Sequence record: PV287714.1
DNA length: 64,000 nt
Direction: 5' to 3' (one strand)
Source: Escherichia phage HMD-9
The first letter of the stretch is position 1. Each line of letters opens with the position of its first letter. A program made the translations under genes and the position numbers. Under the pieces are notes generated by a model. That model was not told the DNA's origin and did no database searches. It saw only the letters and a list, made by a program, of their open reading frames with translations. Shown here piece by piece: positions 19,901 through 37,928 of this stretch.

Positions 19901-20065
19901 CAAGGTCAATTGCCGTCTGAACGACGTAAATTAATGAGTCCTCTATTTGATGCATCTGGAACAACATTTGCGCAATTTAGGGATTTAGTTAATAAGCGTC
20001 TAAAAGATAATATAGGAAATCCAAGAGACCCTGAAAATCCAACACAGGTTAAAATAGATGAATGA
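16967..20065 (+). CDS. 7: gp7 baseplate wedge protein
   Basis: 1032 aa; size and order match T4. Confidence 0.9.
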   Translation: MTVKAPSVTSLRISKLSANQVQVRWDDVGANFYYFVEIAETKTDSGENLPSDQYRWINLGYTANNSFFFDDADPLTSYVIRVATAAQDFEQSDWIYTEEFETFATNAYTFQNMIEMQLANKFIQEKFTLNNSDYVNFNNDTIMAALMNESFQFSPSYVDVSSISNFIIGENEYHEIQGSIQQVCKDINRVYLMESEGILYLFERYQPVVKVSNDKGQTWKAVKLFNDRVGYPLSKTVYYQSANTTYVLGYDKIFYGRKSTDVRWSADDVRFSSQDITFAKLGDQLHLGFDVEIFGTYATLPANVYRIAEAITCTDDYIYVVARDKVRYIKTSNAPIDSDPLSPTYSERLFEPDTMTITGNPKAVCYKMDSVGDKVFALIIGEVETLNANPRTSKIIDSADKGIYVLNHDTKTWKRVFGNTEEERRRIQPGYANMSTDGKLVSLSSSNFKFLSDNIVNDPETVVKYQLIGAVKYEFPREWLADKHYHMMAFIADEKSDWETFTPQPMKYYAEPFFNWSKKSNTRCWINNSDRAVVVYADLKYTKVIENIPETSPDRLVHEYWDDGDCTIVMPNVKFTGFKKYASGMLFYKSSGEIISYYDFNYRVRDTVEIIWKPTGIFLKAFLQNQERETPWSPEEERGLADPDLRPLIGTMMPDSYLLQDSNFEAFCEAYIQYLSDGYGTQYNNLRNLIRNKYPREEHAWEYLWSEIYKRNIYLNADKRDAVARFFESRSYDFYSTKGIEASYKFLFKVLYNEEVEIEIESGAGTEYDIIVQSDSLTEDLVGQTIYTATGRCNVTYIERSYSNGKLQWTVTIHNLLGRLIAGQEVKAERLPSFEGEIIRGVKGKDLLQNNIDYINRSRSYYVMKIKSNLPSSRWKSDVIRFVHPVGFGFIAITLLTMFINVGLTLKHTETIINKYKNYKWDSGLPTEYADRVAKLTPTSEIEHDSVTGEAIYEPGPMASVEYPLPDDYNAENNNSIFQGQLPSERRKLMSPLFDASGTTFAQFRDLVNKRLKDNIGNPRDPENPTQVKIDE

Positions 20066-21062
20066 TTCAAGTGTTATCTATCGTGCGATAGTTACTTCAA
20101 AATTTAGAACAGAAAAAATGTTGAATTTTTATAATTCAATTGGAAGTGGTCCGGATAAAAACACTATCTTTATTACATTTGGAAGATCAGAACCGTGGTC
20201 ATCAAACGAAAATGAGGTGGGATTTGCCCCACCTTATCCCACCGATTCTGTGTTAGGTGTAACTGACATGTGGACTCATATGATGGGAACCGTGAAGGTT
20301 CTTCCATCTATGCTTGATGCAGTTATTCCTCGTCGAGATTGGGGAGATACTAGATATCCAGATCCATACACATTTAGAATTAACGATATTGTAGTGTGTA
20401 ACTCAGCTCCTTACAACGCTACCGAATCAGGCGCAGGCTGGTTAGTATATCGTTGTTTAGATGTTCCTGATACTGGAATGTGCTCAATTGAGTCTTTAAC
20501 TAATAAGGATGAATGCCTTAAGCTAGGTGGAAAATGGACTCCTTCTGTTAGGTCAATGACTCCTCCTGAAGGTCGAGGAGACGCGGAAGGAACAATCGAA
20601 CCTGGAGACGGGTATGTATGGGAATATCTTTTTGAGATTCCGCCTGATGTATCTATAAATAGATGCACGAATGAATATATCGTGGTTCCTTGGCCGGAAG
20701 AATTAAAAGAAGACCCGACTAGATGGGGGTATGAAGATAACCTCACTTGGCAACAAGATGATTTTGGATTAATTTACCGGGTTAAGGCAAATACTATTCG
20801 TTTTAAAGCATACTTAGATTCAGTTTATTTTCCTGAAGCTGCATTGCCAGGAAATAAAGGATTTAGACAAATATCGATAATCACGAATCCTCTTGAAGCT
20901 AAAGTTCATCCAAATGACCCAAACGTTAAAGCTGAAAAGGATTACTATGATCCGGAAGATTTAATGAGGCATTCGGGCGAAATGATTTATATGGAAAATA
21001 GGCCACCTATTATTATGGCAATGGATCAAACGGAAGAAATCAATATTCTGTTTACATTTTAA
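20058..21062 (+). CDS. 8: gp8 baseplate wedge protein
   Basis: 334 aa; size and order match T4. Confidence 0.9.
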   Translation: MNDSSVIYRAIVTSKFRTEKMLNFYNSIGSGPDKNTIFITFGRSEPWSSNENEVGFAPPYPTDSVLGVTDMWTHMMGTVKVLPSMLDAVIPRRDWGDTRYPDPYTFRINDIVVCNSAPYNATESGAGWLVYRCLDVPDTGMCSIESLTNKDECLKLGGKWTPSVRSMTPPEGRGDAEGTIEPGDGYVWEYLFEIPPDVSINRCTNEYIVVPWPEELKEDPTRWGYEDNLTWQQDDFGLIYRVKANTIRFKAYLDSVYFPEAALPGNKGFRQISIITNPLEAKVHPNDPNVKAEKDYYDPEDLMRHSGEMIYMENRPPIIMAMDQTEEINILFTF

Positions 21063-21067
21063 ATTAA

Positions 21068-21093
21068 GGGAGCCCATGGGCTCCCTTTTTCTT
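21068..21093 (+). terminator. rho-independent terminator after gene 8
   Basis: hairpin GGGAGCC-CATG-GGCTCCC followed by TTTTTCTT. Confidence 0.65.
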
Positions 21094-21101
21094 TATAAAT
21101 A
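21094..21101 (+). promoter_or_regulatory. T4 late promoter TATAAATA for gene 9
   Basis: exact TATAAATA 25 nt upstream of ATG 21126. Confidence 0.6.
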
Positions 21102-21125
21102 CTATAAACTCATAAGGAAACCGCT

Positions 21126-21992
21126 ATGTTCATTCAAGAACCAAAGAAATTGATTGATACCGGCGAAATTGGTAACGCTTCTACTGGTGATATCTTATTC
21201 GACGGTGGTAATAAAATTAATAGTGATTTTAATGCAATTTATAACGCGTTTGGCGATCAGCGTAAAATGGCAGTAGCAAATGGTACTGGTGCTGACGGCC
21301 AAATTATTCATGCTACTGGATATTATCAAAAGCATTCTATCACAGAGTACGCAACTCCGGTGAAAGTTGGTACTAGACATGATATTGATACCTCTACTGT
21401 TGGTGTTAAAGTTATCATTGAAAGAGGAGAACTCGGTGACTGTGTTGAATTCATTAATTCTAACGGATCAATATCAGTTACTAATCCTTTAACAATTCAA
21501 GCCATTGATTCAATTAAAGGTGTTTCGGGTAATTTGGTAGTAACTAGACCATATAGTAAAGTAACTTTGCGCTGTATTTCATCTGATAATTCTACGTCAG
21601 TTTGGAATTATTCTATTGAAAGTATGTTTGGCCAAAAGGAATCACCGGCTGAAGGTACATGGAATATTTCTACATCTGGGTCAGTTGACATTCCATTATT
21701 TCATCGTACTGAATATAACATGGCTAAATTGTTAGTTACTTGCCAATCGGTAGATGGAAGAAAAATTAAAACATCAGAAATAAATATTCTTGTAGATACT
21801 GTTAATTCAGCGGTCATTTCTTCTGAATATGCTGTCATGCGGGTTGGGAATGAAACCGAAGAAGACGAAATCGCTAATATTGCATTTAGTATTAAAGAAA
21901 ATTATGTAACGGCGACTATAAGTTCTTCAACTGTCGGTATGAGAGCAGCAGTTAAAGTTATCACTACGCAGAAAATCGGGGTGGCTCAATAA
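21126..21992 (+). CDS. 9: gp9 baseplate protein (long tail fibre socket)
   Basis: 288 aa; size and order match T4. Confidence 0.9.
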   Translation: MFIQEPKKLIDTGEIGNASTGDILFDGGNKINSDFNAIYNAFGDQRKMAVANGTGADGQIIHATGYYQKHSITEYATPVKVGTRHDIDTSTVGVKVIIERGELGDCVEFINSNGSISVTNPLTIQAIDSIKGVSGNLVVTRPYSKVTLRCISSDNSTSVWNYSIESMFGQKESPAEGTWNISTSGSVDIPLFHRTEYNMAKLLVTCQSVDGRKIKTSEINILVDTVNSAVISSEYAVMRVGNETEEDEIANIAFSIKENYVTATISSSTVGMRAAVKVITTQKIGVAQ

Positions 21993-23797
21993 TGAAACAA
22001 AATATTAATATCGGTAATGTTGTTGATGATGGTACCGGTGACTACCTGCGTAAAGGTGGTATAAAAATAAATGAAAACTTTGATGAACTTTATTATGAAC
22101 TTGGTGATGGAGATGTTCCATATTCAGCCGGTGCCTGGAAAACTTATGATGCTTCATCTGGACAAACACTAACGGCAGAATGGGGAAAATCATACGCTAT
22201 TAATACCTCTTCTGGAAGAGTAACTCTACAACTTCCTAAAGGAACTGTTAATGATTACAACAAGGTAATTAGAGCCAGGGATGTATTTGCAACGTGGAAC
22301 ATCAATCCAGTTACACTAGTAGCTGCTTCCGGAGATACAATTAAAGGGTCGTCATCGTCAGTTGAAATTAATATTCAATTTAGTGATTTAGAGCTCGTTT
22401 ATTGCGCTCCAGGACGTTGGGAATATGTCAAAAATAAACAAATTGACAAAATTATTAGTTCAGATATTAGTAATGTAGCTCGCAAAGAATTTTTAGTCGA
22501 AGTTCAAGGGCAAACAGACTTTTTAGATGTTTTCAATGGAACTAGTTATAATGTCAATAACATCAGAGTAAAACATCGTGGTAACGAATTGTATTACGGT
22601 GATGTATTTAGCGAAAATAGTGACTTTGGCTCTCCTGGAGAAAATGAAGGTGAATTAGTTCCTCTTGATGGATTTAACATTCGATTAAGACAGCCTTGTA
22701 ATATTGGTGACACCGTTCAAATTGAAACATTTATGGATGGTGTATCACAATGGAGAAGTTCATATACAAGACGCCAAATAAAAGTACTGGATTCAAAACT
22801 AACGTCAAAGACTTCTTTAGAAGGAAGTATTTACGTTACTGATTTATCGACGATGAAATCAATTCCATTCTCTGCATTTGGATTAATTCCTGGTGAACCC
22901 ATTAATCCTAATTCTCTTGAGGTTCGTTTTAATGGAATTTTACAGCAGCAGGCTGGAACCGCTGGACATCCTCTGTTTTTGTGTGAAGGCGCTAGTTCAG
23001 ATACGCGAGAAGGTTGTATATCTCTTGGTGGTGAATGGAAAGAATCAAACACAGATTATTCTATAGAATATGAAGATGGAAAACCTACCAGTCTTTTATT
23101 TGATAGAAAATTTGAATCAGGTGATATAATCGTTATAACGTGGTTCAATAATGATTTAGGAACTCTTTTAGAAAAAGATGACATTATTGAATTAACGGAT
23201 GACCGTTATGTTAGCAAAGGATCATCCACCGAAGTTACTGGTGATGTAGCCTTAACAGATTTTGATAAAATCGGTTGGCCAAATGTTGAAAAAGTTGATT
23301 CTTATACTAGAATGTATAATTCAATATCATCTATTTTCGACAGCATTTATCCTGTTGGTTCAATTTATGAAAATGCTATAAATCCAAATAATCCGGTGAC
23401 TTATATGGGATTTGGTTCATGGAAATTATTTGGTAAAGGACAAGTTTTAGTAGGATGGAATGATGATGTTACGGATCCAAACTTTGCTTTAAACAATAAT
23501 GATTTAGATTCTAGCGGAAATCCTTCACATACTGCCGGTGGAACAGTTGGAACAACATCAGTAACGCTTGAAAACGCAAATCTTCCTGCGACTAAAACCG
23601 ATGAAAGAGTTTTAATTGAAGATGAAAACGGATCAGTTATTATTGGAGGTTGCCAATATGACCCAGATGAAACTGGTCCTATATATACAAAATACCGTGA
23701 AGATTACGCAACAACAAACTCTTCACATACTCCTCCTGCTAATATTAGTAATATTCAACCGTCTATTACTGTATACCGTTGGATAAGGATTGCATAA
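21992..23797 (+). CDS. 10: gp10 baseplate wedge protein
   Basis: 601 aa; [23 protein letters not shown].. matches T4 gp10. Confidence 0.9.
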   Translation: MKQNINIGNVVDDGTGDYLRKGGIKINENFDELYYELGDGDVPYSAGAWKTYDASSGQTLTAEWGKSYAINTSSGRVTLQLPKGTVNDYNKVIRARDVFATWNINPVTLVAASGDTIKGSSSSVEINIQFSDLELVYCAPGRWEYVKNKQIDKIISSDISNVARKEFLVEVQGQTDFLDVFNGTSYNVNNIRVKHRGNELYYGDVFSENSDFGSPGENEGELVPLDGFNIRLRQPCNIGDTVQIETFMDGVSQWRSSYTRRQIKVLDSKLTSKTSLEGSIYVTDLSTMKSIPFSAFGLIPGEPINPNSLEVRFNGILQQQAGTAGHPLFLCEGASSDTREGCISLGGEWKESNTDYSIEYEDGKPTSLLFDRKFESGDIIVITWFNNDLGTLLEKDDIIELTDDRYVSKGSSTEVTGDVALTDFDKIGWPNVEKVDSYTRMYNSISSIFDSIYPVGSIYENAINPNNPVTYMGFGSWKLFGKGQVLVGWNDDVTDPNFALNNNDLDSSGNPSHTAGGTVGTTSVTLENANLPATKTDERVLIEDENGSVIIGGCQYDPDETGPIYTKYREDYATTNSSHTPPANISNIQPSITVYRWIRIA

Positions 23798-24456
23798 TGA
23801 GTTTACTTAATAATAAAGCGGGAGTTATTTCCCGCTTAGCAGATTTTCTTGGTTTTAGAACTAAGAAAAATGATATTTCGGTTATGAATAATCAGCCAGT
23901 AGGCGCTGTAACAATTTCACAAATAGCAAAAGGGTTTTATGACCCAAATGTAGAATCTGCTATCAATGATGTTAGAAATATGGCAGAGCAACAAGTTGGA
24001 GCTGTATTAGTTAATATAAGCGGCGTATCTCCTACTGGCGTGCAGCAAACAGACTATTGGTCATTTGAAGGAACTGTTACTGATACTTCAGCCAAACCGG
24101 GTGACCCAGTTATTGTTAACATGTTTGGCATTCCTGTTAAAGCTACTAACGGAATGACTTCAATCGAATTTACCAGTGCCGTTAGAACAGCTCTGCAGGA
24201 AATGGTTGCAAAATTTATTGCAATTGATTCATTTGAAGACCATCCTACCATAGGAAATAAAATACAAGTTAAGTATTTAGATAACCAAGAACATATCTTA
24301 GAACAATACTCTGATAAAGGAATTACTTTCAAACAAGAAATAATTTCTCCTTCTAAACCTGGATACGGAACTTGGCAATTATTAGGTGCGCAAACTGTTA
24401 CGCTAGATAGTCACACACAACCTACAGTATTTTATTATTTTGAGAGAATAGCATGA
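23797..24456 (+). CDS. 11: gp11 baseplate wedge / short tail fibre attachment protein
   Basis: ATG at 23797 ([20 protein letters not shown]..) gives 219 aa as in T4; overlaps gene 10 stop (TAATG). Confidence 0.9.
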   Translation: MSLLNNKAGVISRLADFLGFRTKKNDISVMNNQPVGAVTISQIAKGFYDPNVESAINDVRNMAEQQVGAVLVNISGVSPTGVQQTDYWSFEGTVTDTSAKPGDPVIVNMFGIPVKATNGMTSIEFTSAVRTALQEMVAKFIAIDSFEDHPTIGNKIQVKYLDNQEHILEQYSDKGITFKQEIISPSKPGYGTWQLLGAQTVTLDSHTQPTVFYYFERIA

Positions 24457-26009
24457 GTAACAATACATATCAGCACGTATCAAATGAATCAAAATATGTT
24501 AAATTCGATCCAGTAGGATCGAATTTTCCTGACACTGTCACGACAGTGCAGTCTGCATTATCAAAAATAAGTAATATCGGCGTAAATGGTATTCCTGATG
24601 CAACTATGGAAGTTAAAGGAATAGCAATGATTGCGTCAGAGCAAGAGGTTTTAGATGGAACTAATAATTCTAAAATCGTTACACCAGCTACATTAGCAAC
24701 AAGACTATTGTATCCAAATGCTACTGAAACTAAGTATGGTTTAACGCGCTATTCAACAAATGAAGAAACATTAGAAGGCTCAGATAATAATTCATCAATA
24801 ACGCCGCAAAAACTGAAATACCATACTGACGATGTGTTCCAAAATAGATATTCGTCTGAGTCATCAAACGGGGTTATTAAAATATCATCTACACCTGCAG
24901 CTTTAGCTGGAGTTGATGATACTACGGCAATGACTCCATTAAAAACGCAAAAACTTGCAATAAAATTAATTTCACAAATAGCTCCTTCCGAAGATACTGC
25001 ATCAGAATCTGTGAGAGGTGTAGTTCAATTATCTACTGTTGCGCAAACTCGTCAAGGAACTCTCCGCGAAGGATATGCAATTTCTCCGTATACCTTTATG
25101 AATTCTGTTGCAACACAAGAATATAAGGGTGTTATACGTTTAGGAACACAATCGGAAATTAACAGTAATTTGGGAGATGTTGCAGTAACGGGCGAAACAC
25201 TAAATGGTCGAGGAGCTACTGGTTCTATGCGTGGAGTAGTTAAATTAACGACGCAAGCCGGTATTGCCCCTGAAGGTGATAGCTCTGGAGCATTAGCATG
25301 GAACGCAGATGTAATTAATACTCGTGGTGGACAAACTATTAATGGTTCTTTAAATTTAGACCATCTTACAGCAAATGGAATTTGGTCACGCGGCGGTATG
25401 TGGAAAAATGGCGATCAACCTGTTGCCACTGAAAGATATGCGTCCGAAAGGGTTCCAGTTGGAACTATTATGATGTTTGCGGGTGATTCAGCACCTCCGG
25501 GTTGGGTTATGTGCCACGGCGGAACCGTGTCAGGAGATCAATATCCTGATTATAGAAACACAGTTGGAACAAGATTTGGTGGTGATTGGAATAACCCTGG
25601 CATTCCTGATATGCGAGGTCTTTTCGTCAGAGGAGCTGGCACAGGAGGTCATATTTTAAATCAACGAGGACAAGATGGTTACGGGAAGGATAGACTTGGT
25701 GTAGGATGTGACGGAATGCATGTTGGTGGTGTTCAGGCACAACAAATGTCATACCATAAACATGTTGGTGCCTGGGGGGAAAATGGAAATAACAGAGGTT
25801 ATGCACCGTTTGGCGCATCTAATGGCAATGGATATTTAGGCAATGGTAGAAGCGCCGACTGGGACAACCATTTGTTCTTTACTAACGACGGATTTGAAAT
25901 GGGTGGTGCTCGTGACTCGTTTGGCACGTTAAACCGTGAAGGATTAATTGGTTATGAAACTAGACCATGGAATATATCATTAAACTATATTATTAAAATT
26001 CATTACTAA
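24453..26009 (+). CDS. 12: gp12 short tail fibre
   Basis: 518 aa; [13 protein letters not shown].. and conserved C-terminal ..[12 protein letters not shown]. Confidence 0.9.
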   Translation: MSNNTYQHVSNESKYVKFDPVGSNFPDTVTTVQSALSKISNIGVNGIPDATMEVKGIAMIASEQEVLDGTNNSKIVTPATLATRLLYPNATETKYGLTRYSTNEETLEGSDNNSSITPQKLKYHTDDVFQNRYSSESSNGVIKISSTPAALAGVDDTTAMTPLKTQKLAIKLISQIAPSEDTASESVRGVVQLSTVAQTRQGTLREGYAISPYTFMNSVATQEYKGVIRLGTQSEINSNLGDVAVTGETLNGRGATGSMRGVVKLTTQAGIAPEGDSSGALAWNADVINTRGGQTINGSLNLDHLTANGIWSRGGMWKNGDQPVATERYASERVPVGTIMMFAGDSAPPGWVMCHGGTVSGDQYPDYRNTVGTRFGGDWNNPGIPDMRGLFVRGAGTGGHILNQRGQDGYGKDRLGVGCDGMHVGGVQAQQMSYHKHVGAWGENGNNRGYAPFGASNGNGYLGNGRSADWDNHLFFTNDGFEMGGARDSFGTLNREGLIGYETRPWNISLNYIIKIHY

Positions 26010-26018
26010 GGATTACAA

Positions 26019-27476
26019 ATGATTGAATTAAAAGAGTTACCTTTTGTTGATAGCGTTCCTGGCGAAGGCCAGGAACGTATTTCATGGATTAAAAACGGTG
26101 AAGAAATACTAGGAGCTAGTACTAAGTATGGAAGCGATGGGTCAATGAATAGACCAACTGTTTCCGTGTTTAAAAATGTCGAGGTTCTCGATGAAAATGT
26201 AGGAATTCTTAAAACTGCCATTGAAACATCTCAGGAAGATATTAAAACCATTCAAGGCATTTTAGATGTATCAGGAGATATAGAAGCACTATCACAGATC
26301 AGCATTAATAAAAATGATATATCAAATTTAAAGACACTCACGAATGAACACACTGATATATTAAATGGTACAAATACCACGGTTGATAATATTCTTTCTG
26401 ATATTGGTCCATTTAATTCGCAAGCAAATTCAGTTTATAGAACGATTAGAAATGATTTGTTATGGATTAAAAGGGAATTAGGACAATATACTGGGCAAGA
26501 CATTAATGGTCTTCCTGTTGTAGGAAATAGCAGCACGGGGATGAAGCACCGTATCATTAATAATACAGATGCTATAACTTCCCAAGGAATACGTCTAAGT
26601 GATTTGGAAGAAAAATTTATTGAATCTGATGTAGGTTCACTGACAATTGAAGTCGGAAATCTTAGACAAGAACTTGGACAAAGACCATCTTCATTCAGTG
26701 AAAGCATATATTCACGTGTGCATAATTTAGATCAATCTCAGATTAATCTTAGTTCCGAAATTAAATCTATCAAAACTTCTATTGGATATCCAGGAAATAC
26801 TTCAATAATCACAGATGTTAACACTAATACACGAGAAGTTTCAGCTTTAAATGATGAACTAAATAAAAGCGGAGGTATTAAACAACGATTGACTGTCATT
26901 GAAACGTCAATTGGCTCAGATGATATTCCTTCTAGTATTAAAGGTCAAATTAAAGATAATACCACATCAATTGAGTTTTTAAATGGAATTGTTGGTGAAA
27001 ACACTTCATCTGGACTACGAGCAAACGTTTCATGGCTAAACCAAATCGTTGGAACTGATTCTAGTGGAGGTCAGCCTTCTCCTCCTGGGTCTCTTTTAAA
27101 TAGGGTTTCAACTGTTGAAACTTCAGTTAATAGACTGAACAATGATGTTCAAAACTTACAAGTTGAAATTGGTAATAACACTACTGGAATTAAAGGCCAA
27201 GTTGTTGCACTAAATAAACTAGTAAGCGGCACAAATCCAAATGGTTCAACAGTAGAAGAGCGCGGATTAACTAATTCAATAAAAGCTAATGAAACTAACA
27301 TTTCTTCTATTAATCAAGAAATGCGTAATATTAAAAGTAATGTATCTTCATTACAGGGGGATGTTCAGACTTTACAGGAAGCAGGTTATATCCCTGAAGC
27401 TCCAAAAGATGGCCAAGCTTACGTTCGTAAAGACGGCGAATGGGTACTACTTTCTACCTTTTTATCACCAGCATAA
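26019..27476 (+). CDS. wac: fibritin (whisker, wac)
   Basis: 485 aa; coiled-coil repeats and C-terminal foldon [27 protein letters not shown]. Confidence 0.9.
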   Translation: MIELKELPFVDSVPGEGQERISWIKNGEEILGASTKYGSDGSMNRPTVSVFKNVEVLDENVGILKTAIETSQEDIKTIQGILDVSGDIEALSQISINKNDISNLKTLTNEHTDILNGTNTTVDNILSDIGPFNSQANSVYRTIRNDLLWIKRELGQYTGQDINGLPVVGNSSTGMKHRIINNTDAITSQGIRLSDLEEKFIESDVGSLTIEVGNLRQELGQRPSSFSESIYSRVHNLDQSQINLSSEIKSIKTSIGYPGNTSIITDVNTNTREVSALNDELNKSGGIKQRLTVIETSIGSDDIPSSIKGQIKDNTTSIEFLNGIVGENTSSGLRANVSWLNQIVGTDSSGGQPSPPGSLLNRVSTVETSVNRLNNDVQNLQVEIGNNTTGIKGQVVALNKLVSGTNPNGSTVEERGLTNSIKANETNISSINQEMRNIKSNVSSLQGDVQTLQEAGYIPEAPKDGQAYVRKDGEWVLLSTFLSPA

Positions 27477-27480
27477 CATG

Positions 27481-27506
27481 GGGCCGCAAGGCCCTAAAGG
27501 ATTTTT
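27481..27506 (+). terminator. GNRA hairpin GGGCC-GCAA-GGCCC after wac (weak terminator / stability element)
   Basis: perfect 5-bp GC stem with GCAA loop then TAAAGGATTTTT. Confidence 0.4.
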
Positions 27507-27508
27507 AA

Positions 27509-29210
<1,702 letters not shown>

Positions 29211-29251
29211 TAAATATTATAAACTAATTAAAGCCCAGATTAGGAGAAATC

Positions 29252-32392
<3,141 letters not shown>

Positions 32393-32420
32393 TATTAAAG
32401 CATATTAAAGAGGATTAAAA

Positions 32421-34400
32421 ATGACTTTATTATCTCCGGGCATTGAGCTCAAAGAAACCACGGTTCAAAGCACCGTGGTTAATAACTCTACTGGTACAGC
32501 CGCTCTGGCCGGTAAATTCCAGTGGGGTCCTGCTTTTCAAATTAAACAGGTTACAAATGAAGTAGATTTAGTTAATACTTTTGGTCAACCTACAGCTGAA
32601 ACTGCTGACTATTTTATGTCTGCAATGAATTTCTTGCAATACGGAAATGATTTGCGAGTTGTGCGTGCTGTCGATAGAGATACCGCTAAAAACTCATCTC
32701 CAATTGCTGGTAATATTGAATACACTATTTCTACCCCAGGTAGTAACTACGCGGTTGGAGATAAAATCACGGTCAAATATGTTTCAGATGCTATTGAAAC
32801 TGAAGGTAAAATTACTGAAGTAGACACAGATGGAAAAATTAAGAAAATTAATATTCCTACTGCAAAAATTATCGCTAAAGCTAAAGAAGTCGGTGAATAT
32901 CCAGAATTAGGTTCTAACTGGACCGCGGAAATTTCTTCATCTTCCTCTGGTTTAGCTGCAGTAATAACTCTTGGAAAAATTATTACTGATTCTGGTATTT
33001 TATTAGCTGAAATTGAAAATGCTGAAGCTGCTATGACAGAGGTTGGCTTTCAAGCAAATCTCGAAAAATATGGAATTCCAGGAGTAGTAGCTCTTTATCC
33101 AGGCGAATTAGGCGATAAAATTGAAATTGAAATCGTATCTAAAGCTGACTACGCAAAAGGGGCTTCTGCATTACTGCCAATTTATCCAGGCGGTGGTACT
33201 CGTGCATCTACTGCTAAAGCTGTGTTTGGATATGGACCACAAACTGATTCACAGTACGCTATTATAGTTCGTCGCAATGATGCTATTGTTCAAAGCGTTG
33301 TTCTTTCAACTAAGCGTGGTGAAAAAGATATTTACGATAGTAACATCTATATCGATGACTTTTTCGCAAAAGGTGGTTCAGAATATATTTTCGCAACTGC
33401 ACAAAACTGGCCAGAAGGTTTCTCTGGAATTTTAACTTTGTCTGGCGGATTATCATCAAATGCTGAAGTAACAGCAGGAGATTTGATGGAAGCTTGGGAC
33501 TTCTTTGCTGACCGCGAATCTGTTGATGTTCAGTTGTTTATTGCGGGTTCTTGCGCCGGCGAATCTTTAGAAACAGCATCTACTGTCCAAAAACACGTCG
33601 TTTCAATTGGTGATGCTCGCCAAGATTGCTTAGTATTGTGCTCACCGCCGCGCGAAACTGTAGTTGGAATTCCTGTAACTCGTGCTGTCGATAACTTAGT
33701 CAATTGGAGAACTGCGACAGGTTCATATACTGATAATAACTTTAATATCAGTTCAACCTACGCAGCAATTGATGGTAACTACAAGTATCAGTATGACAAA
33801 TATAATGATGTGAATCGTTGGGTTCCATTAGCAGCTGATATTGCTGGTTTATGCGCGAGAACAGATAACGTTTCTCAGACTTGGATGTCTCCGGCTGGTT
33901 ATAATCGTGGCCAGATTCTTAATGTTATTAAACTTGCTATTGAAACTCGCCAGGCTCAGCGCGACCGTTTATACCAAGAAGCTATCAACCCGGTAACCGG
34001 TACAGGTGGTGATGGTTACGTATTGTATGGTGATAAAACAGCTACTTCTGTTCCTTCTCCATTTGATCGTATTAACGTTCGTCGTCTGTTTAATATGTTG
34101 AAAACGAATATCGGACGTAGTTCAAAATATCGTTTGTTCGAATTAAACAACGCGTTTACCCGTTCATCATTCCGCACAGAAACTGCCCAGTACTTACAGG
34201 GAATTAAAGCTCTCGGTGGAATTTATGAATATCGTGTAGTTTGCGATACAACAAATAACACTCCGTCAGTAATTGATAGAAATGAGTTTGTTGCAACATT
34301 CTACATCCAACCGGCTAGAAGCATTAACTACATTACCTTGAACTTCGTAGCAACTGCTACTGGTGCAGATTTCGATGAGTTAACTGGTCTTGCAGGTTAA
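32421..34400 (+). CDS. 18: gp18 tail sheath protein
   Basis: 659 aa; size and order match T4. Confidence 0.95.
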   Translation: MTLLSPGIELKETTVQSTVVNNSTGTAALAGKFQWGPAFQIKQVTNEVDLVNTFGQPTAETADYFMSAMNFLQYGNDLRVVRAVDRDTAKNSSPIAGNIEYTISTPGSNYAVGDKITVKYVSDAIETEGKITEVDTDGKIKKINIPTAKIIAKAKEVGEYPELGSNWTAEISSSSSGLAAVITLGKIITDSGILLAEIENAEAAMTEVGFQANLEKYGIPGVVALYPGELGDKIEIEIVSKADYAKGASALLPIYPGGGTRASTAKAVFGYGPQTDSQYAIIVRRNDAIVQSVVLSTKRGEKDIYDSNIYIDDFFAKGGSEYIFATAQNWPEGFSGILTLSGGLSSNAEVTAGDLMEAWDFFADRESVDVQLFIAGSCAGESLETASTVQKHVVSIGDARQDCLVLCSPPRETVVGIPVTRAVDNLVNWRTATGSYTDNNFNISSTYAAIDGNYKYQYDKYNDVNRWVPLAADIAGLCARTDNVSQTWMSPAGYNRGQILNVIKLAIETRQAQRDRLYQEAINPVTGTGGDGYVLYGDKTATSVPSPFDRINVRRLFNMLKTNIGRSSKYRLFELNNAFTRSSFRTETAQYLQGIKALGGIYEYRVVCDTTNNTPSVIDRNEFVATFYIQPARSINYITLNFVATATGADFDELTGLAG

Positions 34401-34416
34401 TACAGTGCATTCTAAA

Positions 34417-34434
34417 GGCCTGTTTCGACAGGCC
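34417..34434 (+). terminator. hairpin GGCCTGT-TTCG-ACAGGCC after gene 18 (partial terminator)
   Basis: perfect 7-bp stem, TTCG loop; weak T tract. Confidence 0.4.
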
Positions 34435-34435
34435 A

Positions 34436-34443
34436 TATAAATA
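34436..34443 (+). promoter_or_regulatory. T4 late promoter TATAAATA (distal, gene 19)
   Basis: exact TATAAATA directly after the gene 18 hairpin. Confidence 0.5.
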
Positions 34444-34496
34444 CACTATATCCTTAATTCTTTAATTCTATATGCCCTAGGTTAAACATAGGGATA

Positions 34497-34504
34497 TATA
34501 AATA
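34497..34504 (+). promoter_or_regulatory. T4 late promoter TATAAATA (proximal, gene 19)
   Basis: exact TATAAATA 15 nt upstream of ATG 34519. Confidence 0.55.
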
Positions 34505-34518
34505 CTACAGAGGCTAAT

Positions 34519-35010
34519 ATGTTTGTAGATGATGTAACACGAGCGTTTGAATCTGGTGATTTTGCTCGACCTAACTTATTCCAAGTAGAAATTTCTTATC
34601 TTGGACAAAATTTTACGTTTCAATGTAAAGCCACTGCTTTACCAGCTGGTATTGTAGAAAAAATTCCAGTCGGATTCATGAACCGTAAAATTAACGTAGC
34701 AGGCGATCGTACATTCGATGACTGGACTGTTACAGTAATGAACGATGAGGCACATGATGCTCGCCAGAAGTTTGTTGATTGGCAAAGCATTGCTGCTGGG
34801 CAAGGGAACGAAATTACTGGTGGAAAACCAGCAGAGTATAAAAAGAGCGCTGTTGTTCGTCAATATGCTCGTGACGCTAAAACTGTAACAAAAGAAGTCG
34901 AAATTAAAGGCCTGTGGCCTACTAACGTGGGTGAACTTCAATTAGATTGGGATTCAAACAATGAAATCCAAACCTTTGAAGTAACTCTCGCTCTCGATTA
35001 TTGGGAATAA
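34519..35010 (+). CDS. 19: gp19 tail tube protein
   Basis: 163 aa; size and order match T4. Confidence 0.95.
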   Translation: MFVDDVTRAFESGDFARPNLFQVEISYLGQNFTFQCKATALPAGIVEKIPVGFMNRKINVAGDRTFDDWTVTVMNDEAHDARQKFVDWQSIAAGQGNEITGGKPAEYKKSAVVRQYARDAKTVTKEVEIKGLWPTNVGELQLDWDSNNEIQTFEVTLALDYWE

Positions 35011-35017
35011 AATGAAT

Positions 35018-35031
35018 GGGGAGAAATCCCC
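35018..35031 (+). terminator. GNRA hairpin GGGGA-GAAA-TCCCC after gene 19
   Basis: 5-bp GC stem with GAAA loop; no strong T tract. Confidence 0.35.
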
Positions 35032-35042
35032 ATCCTGCTTAA

Positions 35043-36667
<1,625 letters not shown>

Positions 36668-36668
<1 letters not shown>

Positions 36669-36865
36669 TGGAAGGTTTAATTGAAGCTATTAAATCAAAC
36701 GACCTCGTAGCCGCTCGTAAATTATTTGCTGAAGCCATGGCTACAAGAACGATTGATTTAATTAAAGAAGAAAAAATCGCTATCGCTCGTAATTTCTTAA
36801 TCGAAGGTGAAGAACCTGAAGACGACGAAGACGAGGATGATGACGAAGACGAGGATGATGAATAA
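36668..36865 (+). CDS. 67: gp67 prohead core protein (acidic tail)
   Basis: 65 aa; [25 protein letters not shown].. with DE-rich C-terminus; TAATG overlap with gene 20. Confidence 0.8.
36824..36859 (+). repeat. 18-nt tandem duplication GACGAAGACGAGGATGAT x2 encoding the acidic gp67 tail
   Basis: two exact adjacent 18-mers at 36824-36841 and 36842-36859. Confidence 0.7.
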
Positions 36866-37290
36866 TGCTTCTGATCCCTGAAACTCATGAATTAGTTCTC
36901 GAGCATGTCGAAGCACTTATTCCTGAAGCACAGGGTCGCTTTGACGAATTGTCTTCTGCTTTAAATAAAGACGATATAAATACAATTGTCGAGAATATGC
37001 TTGATGATGAAACTGATTTAGCAGTTGCATTAGCTTCTATTAATGAAAATATGCCGTTAAATGAATTCATTGTTAAGCATGTTTCAGCTCGTGGTGAAAT
37101 TACACGTACTAAAGACCGCAAAACACGCGAACGTAATGCATTTCAAACCACTGGGCTGTCTAAAGCAAAACGTAGACAAATTGCTCGCAAAGCTACCAAA
37201 ACGAAGATTGCCAATCCAGCAGGTCAATCTCGTGCTCAGCGTAAGCGTAAAAAAGCTCTTAAACGCCGTAAAGCATTAGGATTAAGCTAA
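36865..37290 (+). CDS. 68: gp68 prohead core protein
   Basis: 141 aa; basic C-terminus; size and order match T4. Confidence 0.8.
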   Translation: MLLIPETHELVLEHVEALIPEAQGRFDELSSALNKDDINTIVENMLDDETDLAVALASINENMPLNEFIVKHVSARGEITRTKDRKTRERNAFQTTGLSKAKRRQIARKATKTKIANPAGQSRAQRKRKKALKRRKALGLS

Positions 37291-37928
37291 TGAATGAACC
37301 CCAATTACTAATTGAAACTTGGGGTCAACCTGGCGAAATTATTGATGGTGTGCCAATGCTTGAATCCCACGATGGAAAAGACTTAGGTTTAAAGCCGGGT
37401 TTATACATCGAAGGAATATTCATGCAAGCAGAAGTCGTCAATAGAAATAAACGTCTTTATCCAAAACGCATATTAGAAAAAGCGGTAAAAGACTATATCA
37501 ATGAGCAAGTTTTAACTAAACAAGCTCTCGGAGAATTAAATCATCCTCCACGCGCTAATGTTGACCCGATGCAAGCCGCTATCATTATAGAAGATATGTG
37601 GTGGAAAGGAAATGACGTATACGGACGAGCTCGTGTTATTGAAGGTGACCACGGTCCTGGAGATAAATTAGCAGCTAATATTCGTGCCGGATGGATTCCA
37701 GGAGTTTCTTCTCGTGGATTAGGTTCATTGACTGACACAAATAAAGGTTATCGTATCGTAAACGAAGGATTCAAATTAACTGTAGGTGTTGATGCAGTAT
37801 GGGGTCCAAGTGCTCCAGATGCATGGGTAACTCCTAAGGAAATTACCGAATCACAGACGGCGGAAGCCGATACAAGTGCCGATGACGCCTATATGGCTCT
37901 CGCAGAGGCCATGAAAAAAGCGTTATAA
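37290..37928 (+). CDS. 21: gp21 prohead core protease
   Basis: 212 aa; size and order match T4. Confidence 0.9.
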   Translation: MNEPQLLIETWGQPGEIIDGVPMLESHDGKDLGLKPGLYIEGIFMQAEVVNRNKRLYPKRILEKAVKDYINEQVLTKQALGELNHPPRANVDPMQAAIIIEDMWWKGNDVYGRARVIEGDHGPGDKLAANIRAGWIPGVSSRGLGSLTDTNKGYRIVNEGFKLTVGVDAVWGPSAPDAWVTPKEITESQTAEADTSADDAYMALAEAMKKAL